A DNA stretch of 62,927 nt, filler included, from Octopus bimaculoides (taxonomy: Eukaryota): assembly GCF_001194135.2 (NCBI RefSeq). It is 6 parts of 6 records of this genome, joined end to end, with 100 filler letters (N's around TTAATTAATTAA, not from the genome) between each part and the next. Parts side by side here need not be neighbours in the genome. Positions count along the whole stretch, not along the records: positions 7,661 to 19,625 come from NC_068996.1; positions 19,726 to 38,881 come from NC_068995.1; 4 more parts are not named here. One strand, 5' to 3'. Below are positions 14,737 through 27,713 of the stretch, piece after piece. The translations under genes and the position numbers were made by a program. Position 1 is the first letter of the stretch, and every line of letters begins with the position of its first letter. The notes beneath the pieces were generated by a model. The model ran no database searches. It had not been told where the DNA came from and worked only from the letters and a program-made list of their open reading frames with translations.

Positions 14737-15049
14737 TTTTTTTACTTGCTTCAGTCATTTGACTGCGGTTATGTTGGAGCACCGCCTTTAATCAAACAAA
14801 TCGACCCCAGGAGTTATTCTTTGTAAGCCTAGTACTTATTCTATCGGTTTTTTGCCGAACCGCTAAGTTACGGTTATCAAGCGATAGTGGGGGATAAACA
14901 CAGACACACAAACATATACATACATATAGATATATATGACGGGCTTCTTTCAGTTTCCGTCTTCCGAGACTATAGCAGAAGACACTTGCCCAAGGTGCCG
15001 TGCAATGAGACTGATCCCGGAAGCAAACTTCTTACTACACAGCTACGCC
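14737..15049 (-). mobile_element. SINE family 1, internally deleted
   Basis: Same blocks with several deletions. Confidence 0.8.
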
Positions 15050-15317
15050 TACATATATATATAATGAAAAATACACATTGTGTACAGGACATCACCAACG
15101 AGTAAAAAATACATAGACACTAAAGTACAGGACAAAATACCAAAGGAAGATAACTCCTCATCTGTTGTCGGACTGTTTATTACTCCCTGTTTCATGCTTT
15201 TAACGACAATATAAGGAACTTCATATAAATATATATGGTTAAATAGATAGATAGATAGATAGATATATAGATAGATAGATAGATAGGTTTCTTTATTAGC
15301 CACACAGGGCTCAACAC

Positions 15318-15402
<85 letters not shown>

Positions 15403-16532
15403 NNNNNNNNNNNNNNNNNNNNNNNNNNNNNNNNNNNNNNNNNNNNNNNNNNNNNNNNNNNNNNNNNNNNNNNNNNNNNNNNNNNNNNNNNNNNNNNNNN
15501 NNNNNNNNNNNNNNNNNNNNNNNNNNNNNNNNNNNNNNNNNNNNNNNNNNNNNNNNNNNNNNNNNNNNNNNNNNNNNNNNNNNNNNNNNNNNNNNNNNNN
15601 NNNNNNNNNNNNNNNNNNNNNNNNNNNNNNNNNNNNNNNNNNNNNNNNNNNNNNNNNNNNNNNNNNNNNNNNNNNNNNNNNNNNNNNNNNNNNNNNNNNN
15701 NNNNNNNNNNNNNNNNNNNNNNNNNNNNNNNNNNNNNNNNNNNNNNNNNNNNNNNNNNNNNNNNNNNNNNNNNNNNNNNNNNNNNNNNNNNNNNNNNNNN
15801 NNNNNNNNNNNNNNNNNNNNNNNNNNNNNNNNNNNNNNNNNNNNNNNNNNNNNNNNNNNNNNNNNNNNNNNNNNNNNNNNNNNNNNNNNNNNNNNNNNNN
15901 NNNNNNNNNNNNNNNNNNNNNNNNNNNNNNNNNNNNNNNNNNNNNNNNNNNNNNNNNNNNNNNNNNNNNNNNNNNNNNNNNNNNNNNNNNNNNNNNNNNN
16001 NNNNNNNNNNNNNNNNNNNNNNNNNNNNNNNNNNNNNNNNNNNNNNNNNNNNNNNNNNNNNNNNNNNNNNNNNNNNNNNNNNNNNNNNNNNNNNNNNNNN
16101 NNNNNNNNNNNNNNNNNNNNNNNNNNNNNNNNNNNNNNNNNNNNNNNNNNNNNNNNNNNNNNNNNNNNNNNNNNNNNNNNNNNNNNNNNNNNNNNNNNNN
16201 NNNNNNNNNNNNNNNNNNNNNNNNNNNNNNNNNNAGATAGATAGATAGATAGGTAGATAGATAGGTAGATAAATAGATAGATACATACATACATACATAC
16301 ATACATACATACATACATACATACATACATACATACATACATAGTGCTTGCTTGGTGATTGCTACGTCGTGAAACATGAGTTATGAGAAAGGAATTCAGT
16401 TTCAATAATGACTACATATGCGTAAACATACACGTATGGTACCTCCAACTTATATGTATGTATGTATTTATGTATGTATGTATGCACGCATGCATGCATG
16501 CATGTATGTATGTATGTATGCATATATGTATG

Positions 16533-16563
<31 letters not shown>

Positions 16564-16614
16564 ATTTACATACAGCGATATAAATATGCGTATAAATAAA
16601 TATATTAATAAATG

Positions 16615-16658
<44 letters not shown>

Positions 16659-16812
16659 TATGAAGAGTATAAATGTTCGTATGCTTAAATATATACGTGT
16701 GTGCCTGCTTGTATGTATACATACATATAATTCAAATATATGTGCATATAATCATTCATATACATATTTATGCATATAAAAACACATGTATTTATACACA
16801 CATACACACACA

Positions 16813-16847
<35 letters not shown>

Positions 16848-17348
16848 GTATGTGTGTGTGTGTGTATATGTATACATGTGTGTCTGTAAACATATATATA
16901 CACACATTTAATGTGGCACTTTATTTAACCAGATCTGGTAGAAGAAGACATTACCAGCCTTGATTTTAATTATTCCTGTCAAATGAGGTTGCAATGCTAG
17001 AGAAATGTGCGGGGAAAGCGTCCGTCTTCGCGACGCCTAACTGCTTTTCTCTCCAGTACGGTTGCGTTTAGCTTAACTTTGCCAAACCAGCACCCACAGC
17101 ACCAACTCTGCCGCTAAATCATTTTGCGAAACACACACACACACACACACACACACGCAGTCAAACAAACATATATTTATACGTGTATTAACTCCTAGAT
17201 AAACATACACATAGAAACGAATCAAAATGGAATTTCATTTTGCAAGGGAAAGGTAGTCTAGAAGGAGAAAGTGAAGGTGTATTTCATATGAAGGCGTCTT
17301 CGAGACTGAAAGCTCTTTATTAACATCAAAACTCTCTTATTCACACGA

Positions 17349-18540
17349 TACCGTCTTGAAAAATGGAAAGGTGCATCAGTTAATGTAGTCCTGGATATAA
17401 TATGTCTAAATAAGAGATGAGACGGTCATAGCTGGATCACCTTTGATCCCAGGTTTGTTGGATCAGGACTGATCTGTCACTAAAAAGCAACAAGAAAAGG
17501 CACATTAATTTATGCGGTTCTACGTACATTATACCCCAATAAAAGACGGGGTAGTCACATCGGTCTTTAAAAATGAAAATGTCTATCGGACTAGGACATG
17601 CTTAGGTGCTGAACAACAACTATAGTTGATAATGCAGAGTTAGATACACAATGCCTAAATAAAATTTGGGGAAAAATCTCAGATGCAACCTTTTTTTTTA
17701 TCATGAGTCTTGGATCAGGACTTACCTGATTCTAAGCAACAACAACAACAATTATAACTGCTTATCCCAAATGCTCTACTCTACAATAGGTGACGGAAGC
17801 CTAGAAGCAGTATGCCTGAATAAAATTTGAGAATATCTACGGGTGGGACGTCATTGACCATATGTATGTCAGATCAGGACTGACCAGGGATTAACAAGAA
17901 CAACAACAGCAACAACAACAGTAACAGCAACAATAACAACAACTATAATCATTGGTACTAATTACTGTACATTTGATAGAGTAGTCCTAGGTTTACTATG
18001 AATAAACAATGGAACACTTACTCACGAACATGGTGGGTCTAGACTGACCAAGAATAAACAGTAAAAACACTTTCAACAATTATAGCAACAGGACCTTTTC
18101 GTTTCTCTTAACCAGCTAGAAATAGTAGTCTAATCCTCTCCTCATACCTACTTTAGAATGTATAATATATTAGATTTCCTAGACATTGCTAACAAGACGA
18201 GGCGGTCACAGCATCATTTTGCTAATGACTGATCATCCGATAAACAACAACAACAACAACAACAATACTGTACATTACGTACTTTAATCCTATATTTGAA
18301 TATAAGATGGGATGGTCACGGCTGGAACACTGATCTACGTACGGCTAAACAAGAGTAACAACAAAAACAACAAAAACAACAGCAACATAACCGCAAAGGC
18401 TAAATACTATGTTGAATGTTAGATACTGTAGTTATATGATACGCCATGCCTAGATAACAGATGGAATGGCCACGATTGGAACATCTTTTTATGAACAATA
18501 GTCTGCCAGCTTGCATGAGTCTAAACAACAACAAAAACAA
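17349..18540 (+). repeat. Head-to-tail array of ~8 highly diverged ~100-150-bp units each ending in (AAC)n
   Basis: Recurring ggtca..ctgga, gatcaggactga and taaacaacaac blocks. Inverse copies at ~10910-11230, 12530-12620 and 34025-34200. Confidence 0.65.
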
Positions 18541-19452
18541 TGCATTCAAATCCGCTTGAAGATAAACACACACACACGCACGCACGCACGCACACTCAAA
18601 CACACAGATACATACTCCAAGACACAAATACACACACAAATATACAAACACACACTAACAAACAAACATACAAACATGCAATCAAAGTGGGTTTTCCTCT
18701 TACTGCGGGAAGGAGAGTGCTTAAAATAAGAAAGTGAAGGCATATTTCATCGCATAGTGGCGCCCACGAGACTAAAAGGACTCTATTGACATCTATTTAG
18801 AATGATGGACACATCTGAGGTCAGAAACGTGACTCCGACATTGTGTAGTCGCTGGAAACAAGGCAGGATGACATGAGAATCTGAGACAGGAGTGCGTACA
18901 CGTGTTACAAAAGCCAAGCAATTCCAGTAATGAAGCCGACCGAACAGCATCTGATTTTTGTAACAAGACATTAATAAAAAAACAAAACAAAAACGAACAA
19001 TGATAAAAAGTTAAAAAGAATGCATATATATATATATATATATATATANNNNNNNNNNGGAATATATTATTTTGTTTAAAAGAGTTCCAACACTGTCTGT
19101 TTTTTATGTTTTATTTATATTCCTGCAGAACCAATGTGGGGTATATACACACGTGCGCACATATATCCATACATAGATACATACATACAAATATATTTTT
19201 TATGAATAAGGAGAGATAGTGAAACACAGAGATCTCCTTATGTATGAATGTAAATGCGTATATGCGTATGTAAAAAGCGATAAAGATCATTCTCCAGTCA
19301 TGTAGTCTCCTAAGGACAGTTTCTCGGTTTTCGCTGCGTATATATTCCCCCACCTGAAGGGGATGCCAGATCATCGCAGGATTACTCATTCTTGCCAGCT
19401 GAGTGAACAGGGGCCACGTGAAATGCACACATGGATAACTAAATATACGCAT

Positions 19453-19565
19453 CAGTCCCACTGCGTGGCACTTAGGGCAAGTGTCTTCTACTAAAGCATC
19501 ACACTAACCAAAGCCTTGTGAGTGGATTTGGTGGACAGAAACTGGAAGAAGCCTGTCGTATATAG
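19453..19565 (+). mobile_element. SINE family 1, 5' half, truncated
   Basis: cagtcccactgcgtggcacttagggcaagtgtcttctac..gaagaagcctgtcgtata. Confidence 0.85.
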
Positions 19566-19586
19566 ATAGATTGGCATATAAATAGA

Positions 19587-19625
<39 letters not shown>

Positions 19626-19725
19626 NNNNNNNNNNNNNNNNNNNNNNNNNNNNNNNNNNNNNNNNNNNNTTAATTAATTAANNNNNNNNNNNNNNNNNNN
19701 NNNNNNNNNNNNNNNNNNNNNNNNN

Positions 19726-19896
19726 ATATATACGACGGGCTTCTTTCAGTTTCCGTCCACCAAATCCGCTCACAAGGTTTTGGTCGGCCCGAGGCTATAG
19801 TAGAAGACACAGGCCCAAGGTGCCATGCAGTGGGACTGAACCCAGAATCATGTGGTTGGTAAGCAAGCTACTTACCACAGAGCCACTCCTGCGCCT
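19726..19896 (-). mobile_element. SINE family 1, 5' half with intact head
   Basis: Minus strand aggcgcaggagtggctctgtggtaag..ggttcagtccc (A and B boxes). Confidence 0.9.
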
Positions 19897-19898
19897 AT

Positions 19899-19937
<39 letters not shown>

Positions 19938-20525
19938 CATGAAATCTGTTCCTGTTAAGCTGATTTCATGATTTCATCTTCTCTTCGTGTACCTATTCTA
20001 ATTTACTAAAGGCACTCTAAGGCACTTGTAACATTGTTTGTATTACGATAATATAGGCTTACGTATACTTCCCATACTGACTTATTGGAAGAATATACAT
20101 ACATATATGTGTGTGTGTATGTAGATGTAGATGTATGACTTTGTCCACCACCACCACTTGACAACCGGTGTTGGCGTGTTTACGTCCTCGTAATCTAGCA
20201 TTTCTGTAAGTTACGAGGACGTACACACAGGCTTTAAGAAACCTAAGTACTGGACTCAATTGGCTCGACTAAAATTCTTGAAGGCAGTGCCCCAGCATGG
20301 CCGCAGTCTAATGACTGAAACAAGTAAGAGATAGAAGGTAAAAGATATAAGCTAGGGAGAGAGAGAGAGAGAGAAAAAAAGGAGAGAATTATGTAATAGA
20401 TAGATAGATAGGTAGATAGAGAGATAGATAGATGGATAGATAGATGGATAGAGAGACAAGTAAAAAGCAAATACAGAAGAAAAAGAAAGAAATAAAGAAA
20501 CGCAAGGAAAAGAAAGATAGGAAAT

Positions 20526-20570
<45 letters not shown>

Positions 20571-20720
20571 CAGAGGGAGAGAGAGGAAAGAATGAATAAA
20601 GAGGAAGTGGGTGGGGTGTGAAAGCTAGTTTGCTGTGGTTATTACAGCTGTGTTTGAAATAATAGCTTGTTAAACAATTAGTGACACTAGTTGTAAGGTC
20701 ACGGTGATTACCATCCGGGT

Positions 20721-20721
<1 letters not shown>

Positions 20722-20758
<37 letters not shown>

Positions 20759-21025
20759 GCAGCAGCAGCCGCAGCAGCAGCAACAGCAGCACTCCCTGTA
20801 ACATTGAAGACTTCTTCCAATGTGAAAGATCACCATCACAGACATCACGACGACGACGACCCCCATCATCATCATCATCTTCATCATCATCATCATCATC
20901 ATCATCATCTTCATCATCATCATCATCATCATCATCAACATCATCATCATCATCATCATCATCTTCATCATCATCATCATCATCAACATCATCATCATCA
21001 TCATCATCATCATCTTCATCATCAT
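20722..21025 (+). repeat. (CAG)n and (CAT)n trinucleotide tracts
   Basis: Directly visible; source of poly-S, poly-H, poly-D and poly-M ORFs in several frames. Confidence 0.95.
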
Positions 21026-21089
21026 CGCGATTGTCCTCTGCTTCCCTACCAACAATCCCCACCTCATGCTATACATCATCACTATAGAG

Positions 21090-21341
21090 CAGTGTTTCTC
21101 GACCATTTTTTTTACCTGTGGACCCTTTCGATTCCTATTTTAGTCAGTCGGACCCCCATAACCATTTTGGTATTTAAAAAATCCTATTATACTTTTATAA
21201 TTAAATATTAGGAATTGCATAAAAAAACTTTAAATATTTTGTGTATTTTAGAAATATAACCAATTTTATTGCACAAAGATTTTAGCAATCAAATATGATG
21301 TGGACCCCCAGGGTCATATGGACCCTAGTTGAGAACCACGG
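21090..21341. mobile_element. hAT (Charlie-like) MITE
   Basis: TIRs cagtgtttctcga and ttgagaaccacgg; imperfect 8-bp TSD ctatagag / gtttagag. Confidence 0.8.
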
Positions 21342-21401
21342 GTTTAGAGGGTTCGGAATAATTTTGGTTGTTGTGATATGTTGATCAGTTTGGACCACAA
21401 C

Positions 21402-21795
21402 GTTGTTGTTGTTGTTGGCACTCCGTCGCTTACGACGTCGAGGGTTCCAGTTGATCCGATCAATGGAACAGCCTGCTCGTGAAATTAACGTGCAAGTGGC
21501 TGAGCACTCCACAGACACGTGTACCCTTAACGTAGTTCTCGGGGATATTCAGCGTGTCACAGTGTGACAAGGCTGACCCTTTGAATTACAGGCACAACAG
21601 AAACAAGAAGTAAGAGTGAGAGAAAGTTGTGGTGAAAGAGTACAGCAGGGTTCGCCACCATCCCCTGCCGGAGCCTCGTGGAGCTTTTAGGTGTTTTCGC
21701 TCAATAAACACTCACAACGCCCGGTCTGGGAATTGAAACTGCGATCCTATGACCGCGAATCCGCTGCCCTAACCACTGGGCCATTGCGTCTCCAC
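21402..21795 (-). mobile_element. tRNA-derived SINE family 2, full length, (CAA)n tail
   Basis: Minus strand A box TGGCCCAGTGG, B box GTTTCAATTCC, tail gtgccaacaacaacaac. An older + strand fragment lies at 1737-1880. Confidence 0.88.
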
Positions 21796-22041
21796 AGACC
21801 ACAACGATAGAGCAGACAAATCTAAAATGGCGGTTGTCCTGAGTCAAGAAAAATCGTTTCGTTCTCAATGCTGTTTGATAAAAGGGTCCGAGGAGATACA
21901 TCATCGTTATATCGAATGGAATGTCCAGTCCCAGAGCAGACACGGTCAGACCTGGACCGAACAGCAAATCTGGTCATCGTTTGACATTGATGAGGATATT
22001 GGACTATTGGGATTAGAGAACGGCACAGTAAGGAAAGAAAC

Positions 22042-22089
<48 letters not shown>

Positions 22090-24020
22090 ATGAGGGCGAG
22101 AGGGAGAGGGAAACCGTAGAAGAAAAAGAGAATAAAGTTGATTGAAGGTATGTAGGAGGTTAAAAGTCTCTTACGAAGAAAAAGTTACCTTTCTGGATTG
22201 GGGTCCGGACAATCTCCAACTAGGACAAAACACCCCTCTGGACTATGTGAATGAGAGGGAGATCATGGAATAATTTCTGAATGACGGAGGGCACAGCATC
22301 AAGTTCTGGTAAAGTGAACTTTAAATGAACCTCAACATTTGACGAAGTTTTCAATATTGTATTTGTTTTAATTTTTCAAAGATGCGGTTTGATGCTCTTC
22401 TTATCATGCTTATTTTTTGTGATTAGGGTTATTATATGATTTATGTAATATTTTACATCTCAGAGACGTGTTCATAAACTACAAATAAGAATAAAAACTA
22501 TGATTTTAAAATCGATATTTTTTCTAGGGTTGTTTTTCCTAGGGGTTTTTGTCCTTGGGGTTGTTATGTCCTACACTTATCTAGATTACATGAACTTCAA
22601 GGTAATCAAAAGCGATCAATCTGAACTACTGGGATTAGTTACGAGGGAACGAACCGATTACCTGTCTTGATTGATGAGGAGGTGGGGCTAGAGTACGATA
22701 AGTCCCTAGAGGATAGGCTGGTGTTGAAAATAATAGCGATGTTAAAAGTAATTTTTGAGGTGGTCACTCGGATTGTTGTTTCTACATGTAGTGCAGCACC
22801 TTGTCTGTGGACAAGATATCTGCCTCAAATTACACCTGACAGCTTTTACAAACGTTCACATCGGATTTTGTGGTCCTGGGCTCCAAGCAAATTGCAAAGT
22901 ATGTGATTGTCACGTTTGAAATGGTTTTGATCAAGAGGGGACTTGATCCCGACTAGGGACGGCCTAAGAAGGTTAAGCAACACAAAACAGAGCAGGGTGT
23001 AGCTTTCATATACTTTTTTACTTCCCCATCCGACACTTTTCAGCTTTTAAAAATGGATTCTTTAAATAATATATTCCTCGATATATTGCGACTGAATGAT
23101 AGGCAGAGAGGTTATTGTTGAAAAATATTTGGCTCTAGGTCTCTTGGATGATTGGTTAAACAACGATAGCAGCAGCACCAGCAGCAGCAACAACAACAAT
23201 GATAAGGACAACGGTATCGACAACAACAAAAACAACGTCAACAAACACAACACTCAACAAGCATAAAAGTAACATCATCATCATCATTATCAACAACAAC
23301 TACAAGAACAACAACAGCAATAACAGAAACAACTCAACAACAACCTTACACTAAATATCAGTGCATCAAGGCTGTCATACTTTACGCAAGTGTAATGAAT
23401 TATGGGAACGGGAAATAAATGCACTCCCCGCCTCCCATCATCACACCAACAAAGAATAAAAATAATAAAAACACGGGGGTAAAGGGAGAGAAACATACGA
23501 ACATAAAAAAGAACAACAAAGAAAAGATTAACAGGATTTTGGAGGAACAGAATTATGGTAAATAAAATGATCAGTTGGAATTAAGAAGGGAGTTCCAGTT
23601 AATGACCAGACTTCTTGGGTCTCTATAATTATAGGGGAGGGCAGGTTTAGAATTTATACTACGTAGATGGGAGAAAGAGGGAGAGAAAGAGAGGGGGCGG
23701 GGATGACAGAGAATGAGAAGGAGGNNNNNNNNNNNNNNNNNNNNNNNNNNNNNNNNNNNNNNNNNNNNNNNNNNNNNNNNNNNNNNNNNNNNNNNNNNNN
23801 NNNNNNNNNNNNNNNNNNNNNNNNNNNNNNNNNNNNNNNNNNNNNNNNNNNNNNNNNNNNNNNNNNNNNNNNNNNNNNNNNNNNNNNNNNNNNNNNNNNN
23901 NNNNNNNNNNNNNNNNNNNNNNNNNNNNNNNNNNNNNNNNNNNNNNNNNNNNNNNNNNNNNNNNNNNNNNNNNNNNNNNNNNNNNNNNNNNNNNNNNNNN
24001 NNNNNNNNNNNNNNNNNNNN

Positions 24021-24078
<58 letters not shown>

Positions 24079-24294
24079 CCATACATTTAAAGTAAACATT
24101 AAGTGAAAGATCACTGAATGCATTTCAGTTGGGTATAAAACTTACTTTTACAGACAGACCAAGATAACCTATAGAGTATCTTCGAAGTTATTGTCAACTT
24201 TTTTCTTGTAACTATACATACATGCACACAAACATACACGCACTTTTATAAATATATGCAGGTGTGTTGGTCAGTATGTATGTATATCAATCAG

Positions 24295-24968
24295 TTTCAT
24301 TTCTGTATTTCTTGTCTATAGAGAAAGAGCCGAACTCTAACATAGATTCAAGACTCCTTCATTGGAACTTTTATCAACATCATCTAGGTATTTGTGCATA
24401 TGTGTGTGTGTGCAGTATTTGGTGTTAGTGTATGCGCAGATTTGTATGTTTGTTTTATGTGCTAAATTTTTGGAAAGTTTTACATATCTTTACAGTTCCA
24501 TTGATGGCTTGAATCTGTAGTCTTCTAATCAGCCTTTTTCTTTCAGGTTTTGAGAACCCTAATTTTTCCAGGTTTTTGTTGAGGCAGTTCGTTACATATC
24601 CCAATGCCCCAACAATCACTGGTATGAATCTGAACTTGTAGTCTGGGTGGAGTATCTGTAAATTTCTCNNNNNNNNNNNNNNNNNNNNNNNNNNNNNNNN
24701 NNNNNNNNNNNNTAGCTCGGCGTAGTTGTTCTCTTTTTCTCTAATCTTTAGCGTGATGTTGACATCCGCAGGACAGCTGATTTCTACTACTGTACAGAGT
24801 TTCTCTTCTCTGTCCCAAATTACTATATCCGGTCTATTATGTCTGCACTTTATTGAGGCTTTTATTGGGACATTCCACCAATACTCTTTCATATTGTGAG
24901 TGGTAATGGCCTCTACCTCATTATGGGTTTTCATCTCCTTAGCCCCGGGGTTATCCTGTCGGCGGATT
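24295..24968 (-). mobile_element. R4/Dong-like element B, 5'-truncated, younger, with the REL domain open
   Basis: ORF 24455..24934: WWNVPIK..CRHNRPDIVIWDREEKLCTVVEISCP..FIPVIVGALG..KICKTF (PD-(D/E)xK-type REL). The frame stays open upstream (IRRQDNPGAKE) up to the (CATA)n junction. Confidence 0.85.
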
Positions 24969-25030
24969 ATGTATGTGTGTGTGTATGTATGTATGTATGT
25001 ATGTATGTATGTATGTATGTATGTATGCGT

Positions 25031-27180
25031 CTATGTTCTCTTTCCCTTATTAATTTAGGATAAATGTTGACCGGCCACCTTCTCGGTAGCAAAGTTGTGA
25101 AGGAAATCATTTTATTTTGTTCACCATCCTTTAAATCTTAAGAAGGTCTTGCAGATTTTTATTAGTTTCCGATATCATGATCATTTGTAGTGTATGATTT
25201 AAGGATTTGCATTCTCTCCCCAAGAACCCAAGTTCAGCCATACTTTATTTCAGACGGGGGTTGGTACGTATCCTGTTACAGTAATGAGAATAGGCATAAA
25301 GCTGAAAGTGTATCTTGGGTACTGGTTTTGCGAACTCTTTATCAATGGTTCATAGACGTCCTTTTTTCTCTTGTATTTTATGACCACATTGGTGTTCAGA
25401 CGGCGCTTGCTTTCCACAACAGAACATATCTTTTTCCTTGTGGTCCCACATAACAGTATCTTTCGGTTTGTGTGTTTTGACTCTCGTCTGTTGGCGTTTT
25501 CTTTTTTGTTATTCTGTCCCAGACTGTTCTGTCCACTGCATCATGCCTCATGGGAAGATAATATCTGGAAGACATTCTTTCGCTGTTGGTAATAATGTAA
25601 TTGATGTCTTCATATTTGGTATTGCACAGCCTACATTTATGCTGTAGGTACTTGGCAGGTATCTCTTGTTCTTGAATTACATGGAAGTAGCATTCGAAGT
25701 GGCATATCATAAATTTGTCGGTACTCCATGCCTAGCTTTTCACATGACCAGTGCCTTTTATCGTTTTTCGTGCTAAGTATCTTCTCAGTGAACTAGTCCG
25801 CTTTTTTTTAAATTTCGTTCTTCTGATAAATAGATTTTACCAGTGCTTCTAGTGGGGGAAATCTGTATAAGCTCTTATTTCATTCCTCTCCTCAAGTTCA
25901 TTAACTATCCTAATTATGTTGTTGGCTTCGTGATCACAAACTTGGGAAAGATAAGTAATGGTCTCTTTCCACTTCTGCAGATGTTTCAGAGTCACAATAC
26001 GTGTTTCACATGACATCAATACAGATTTGAGACCACGATCACCTTCCTTGCCTGTCTACATCTCCATTGATGTTGAAGTTTCCTGTAACACTGAGCAGCT
26101 TGCGACTTCGAACATCTATCTCACTGACTTCTTGTAGTGACCAGTTCAGAAAGCCAAACGTCAGCTTAAGGACAGGCACTGTGGGCAATATGCTTGTTGT
26201 GAACTGAAAGTTCTAATGACATAATCTCTTTACTCTCCTGAGGTATTTATTTCTGGTCTTCTCCTTATTTATGAGTTCATCATATCTGACATTCTCATCT
26301 TGCCCAAGATGCCTAAAATCGTCACTCCTTTGTACCGTTTAGCCAACCAATGGAGGGTACACATTTTGAACGTTTTATTGTCAAAAATGCACATTTGGAC
26401 TCACCAGATTTCATCCCAATGTCAGTAGAAAATTTAATAATGAGGTCCAGTTGTTTGCTATCAGACTCAATTTGCTCCTTATCACTCTTAAAAAGCAAAG
26501 ATGTGTACCAAGTCTTGGTCAGGCATTCAATAGCACTCAATAGTGGTTTTTTGGGACTTTGGTTAACTGTAAAACCTTGATGATCCACCCGTGTGATATA
26601 CTCTCAAAAGCCGCCTTGTAGTCCAACCACACGACGGTTACATTCCTGCGATTTTTTTGTGTTTTTAAAAATAATTTTGTTAATTAGTCGCTGCTTTATA
26701 CAGCGCCACACTTCCTTTTTACCTCCAACTTGCTCAGGTCTTATCATGTTATTGGTGGCACAATGATTCTGCAAGAATAAATTGAAGCACCTATAATTTG
26801 TACATGATGTTCTGGCAGGCTATTTGGTGGTAATTTTTAGCATGAGTAGTTTGATTATTTTGAGGGACGAGGAGAGTATTTGCAGTTAATAACTATTGGG
26901 GAAGTTCTTGTGTGTCCTTGATACTTCCTCCAGACGGTAAAATTCTTCAACCAGTAACCTGTGATGCGGTCTAGGCCACGGGATTTTCTGTTTGACATTT
27001 TCTGTAGAACTATTTCCGGTATTTCCTCCTCTATTTCATATTGCTTTTGCAGTTCTTTTAGCCATACAGCTTTTTTGTTGAATTCATCATCTGTTTCTCA
27101 TACAGATCTCCAGTAGCCCTCTAACTGATCTTCTGAGGGAGTGTCTTTTACAGAGATTGAGCATTAGATGAGATAGCTGG
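25031..27180 (-). mobile_element. R4/Dong-like non-LTR retrotransposon A (RT, zinc knuckle, restriction-like endonuclease), decayed and internally deleted
   Basis: RT remnants NYHQIACQNIMYKL, VWLDYKAAFESISHGWI and IGMKSGESKCA; CRLCNTKYEDINYII..YYLPMRHDAV knuckle; degenerate REL domain ending KICKTFLRFK near 25130. RT motifs 4-5 are missing. Confidence 0.85.
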
Positions 27181-27482
27181 GATACATATTATAAATGGTG
27201 AAAGCTGCTTATCAATTAGGTATATAACAGTTATTAAAAGAAAGCAGTTATTAAAAGCTTGACCGGCTGGAAATATTTTTATAAATTTATGTTCCAAGAA
27301 TTTCCTGTAACTTTGATTTGTGAAGTTTATTGAACATTTGAACGACAAGTTTTTCACAAATTTAGATATTCGTTGCATCCACTGCGGAGTAGATTTTAAT
27401 GTTTAATAAGCAATATTATTCATTTGCAACACTCTCTCACTCTCTCTCTCGCCTCTATTTTCATTAATGATAATTTAATACA

Positions 27483-27713
27483 CATTAGTCCCTCGACTAT
27501 TGTGGGTGTTACGTTCCAAAACACCCCGCGATAGGTGAAAATCCGCGAAGTAGAAACAGTACTGCATATTTTTAAAGATTATTTTTATAATTTGTATATA
27601 TTTATTTTATTATAAATGCAAAACAACACCATGGAGGAATGACGCAAGCTGAAATAATAAACCGCGATAGGTGAACAGCGATAGATGAACCGTAATATAG
27701 TGAGGGATTACTG
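27483..27713. mobile_element. pogo/Tigger-like MITE
   Basis: TIRs cattagtccctcgactat and atagtgagggattactg|TA; internal ccgcgataggtgaa repeated twice. Confidence 0.75.

Noticed and set aside
17037-17130. Textbook branch point plus acceptor (ctaac..ttttctctccag)
   Set aside because: All three frames stop within 60 nt and no donor follows; no exon can be defined.
17349-18540. CRISPR-like array
   Set aside because: Eukaryotic context, highly diverged units, no constant repeat-spacer period and no cas genes.
19453-19896. Tail-to-tail inverted SINE pair as a dsRNA substrate
   Set aside because: The copies are separated by an artificial linker, so their adjacency and orientation are unverified.
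21700-21795. tRNA gene
   Set aside because: A and B boxes are present but continue into a SINE body and tail; no complete cloverleaf.
22780-22910. Candidate exon ending AAA|GTATGT
   Set aside because: The translation resembles neither GPCR TM1-3 nor any family I recognise.
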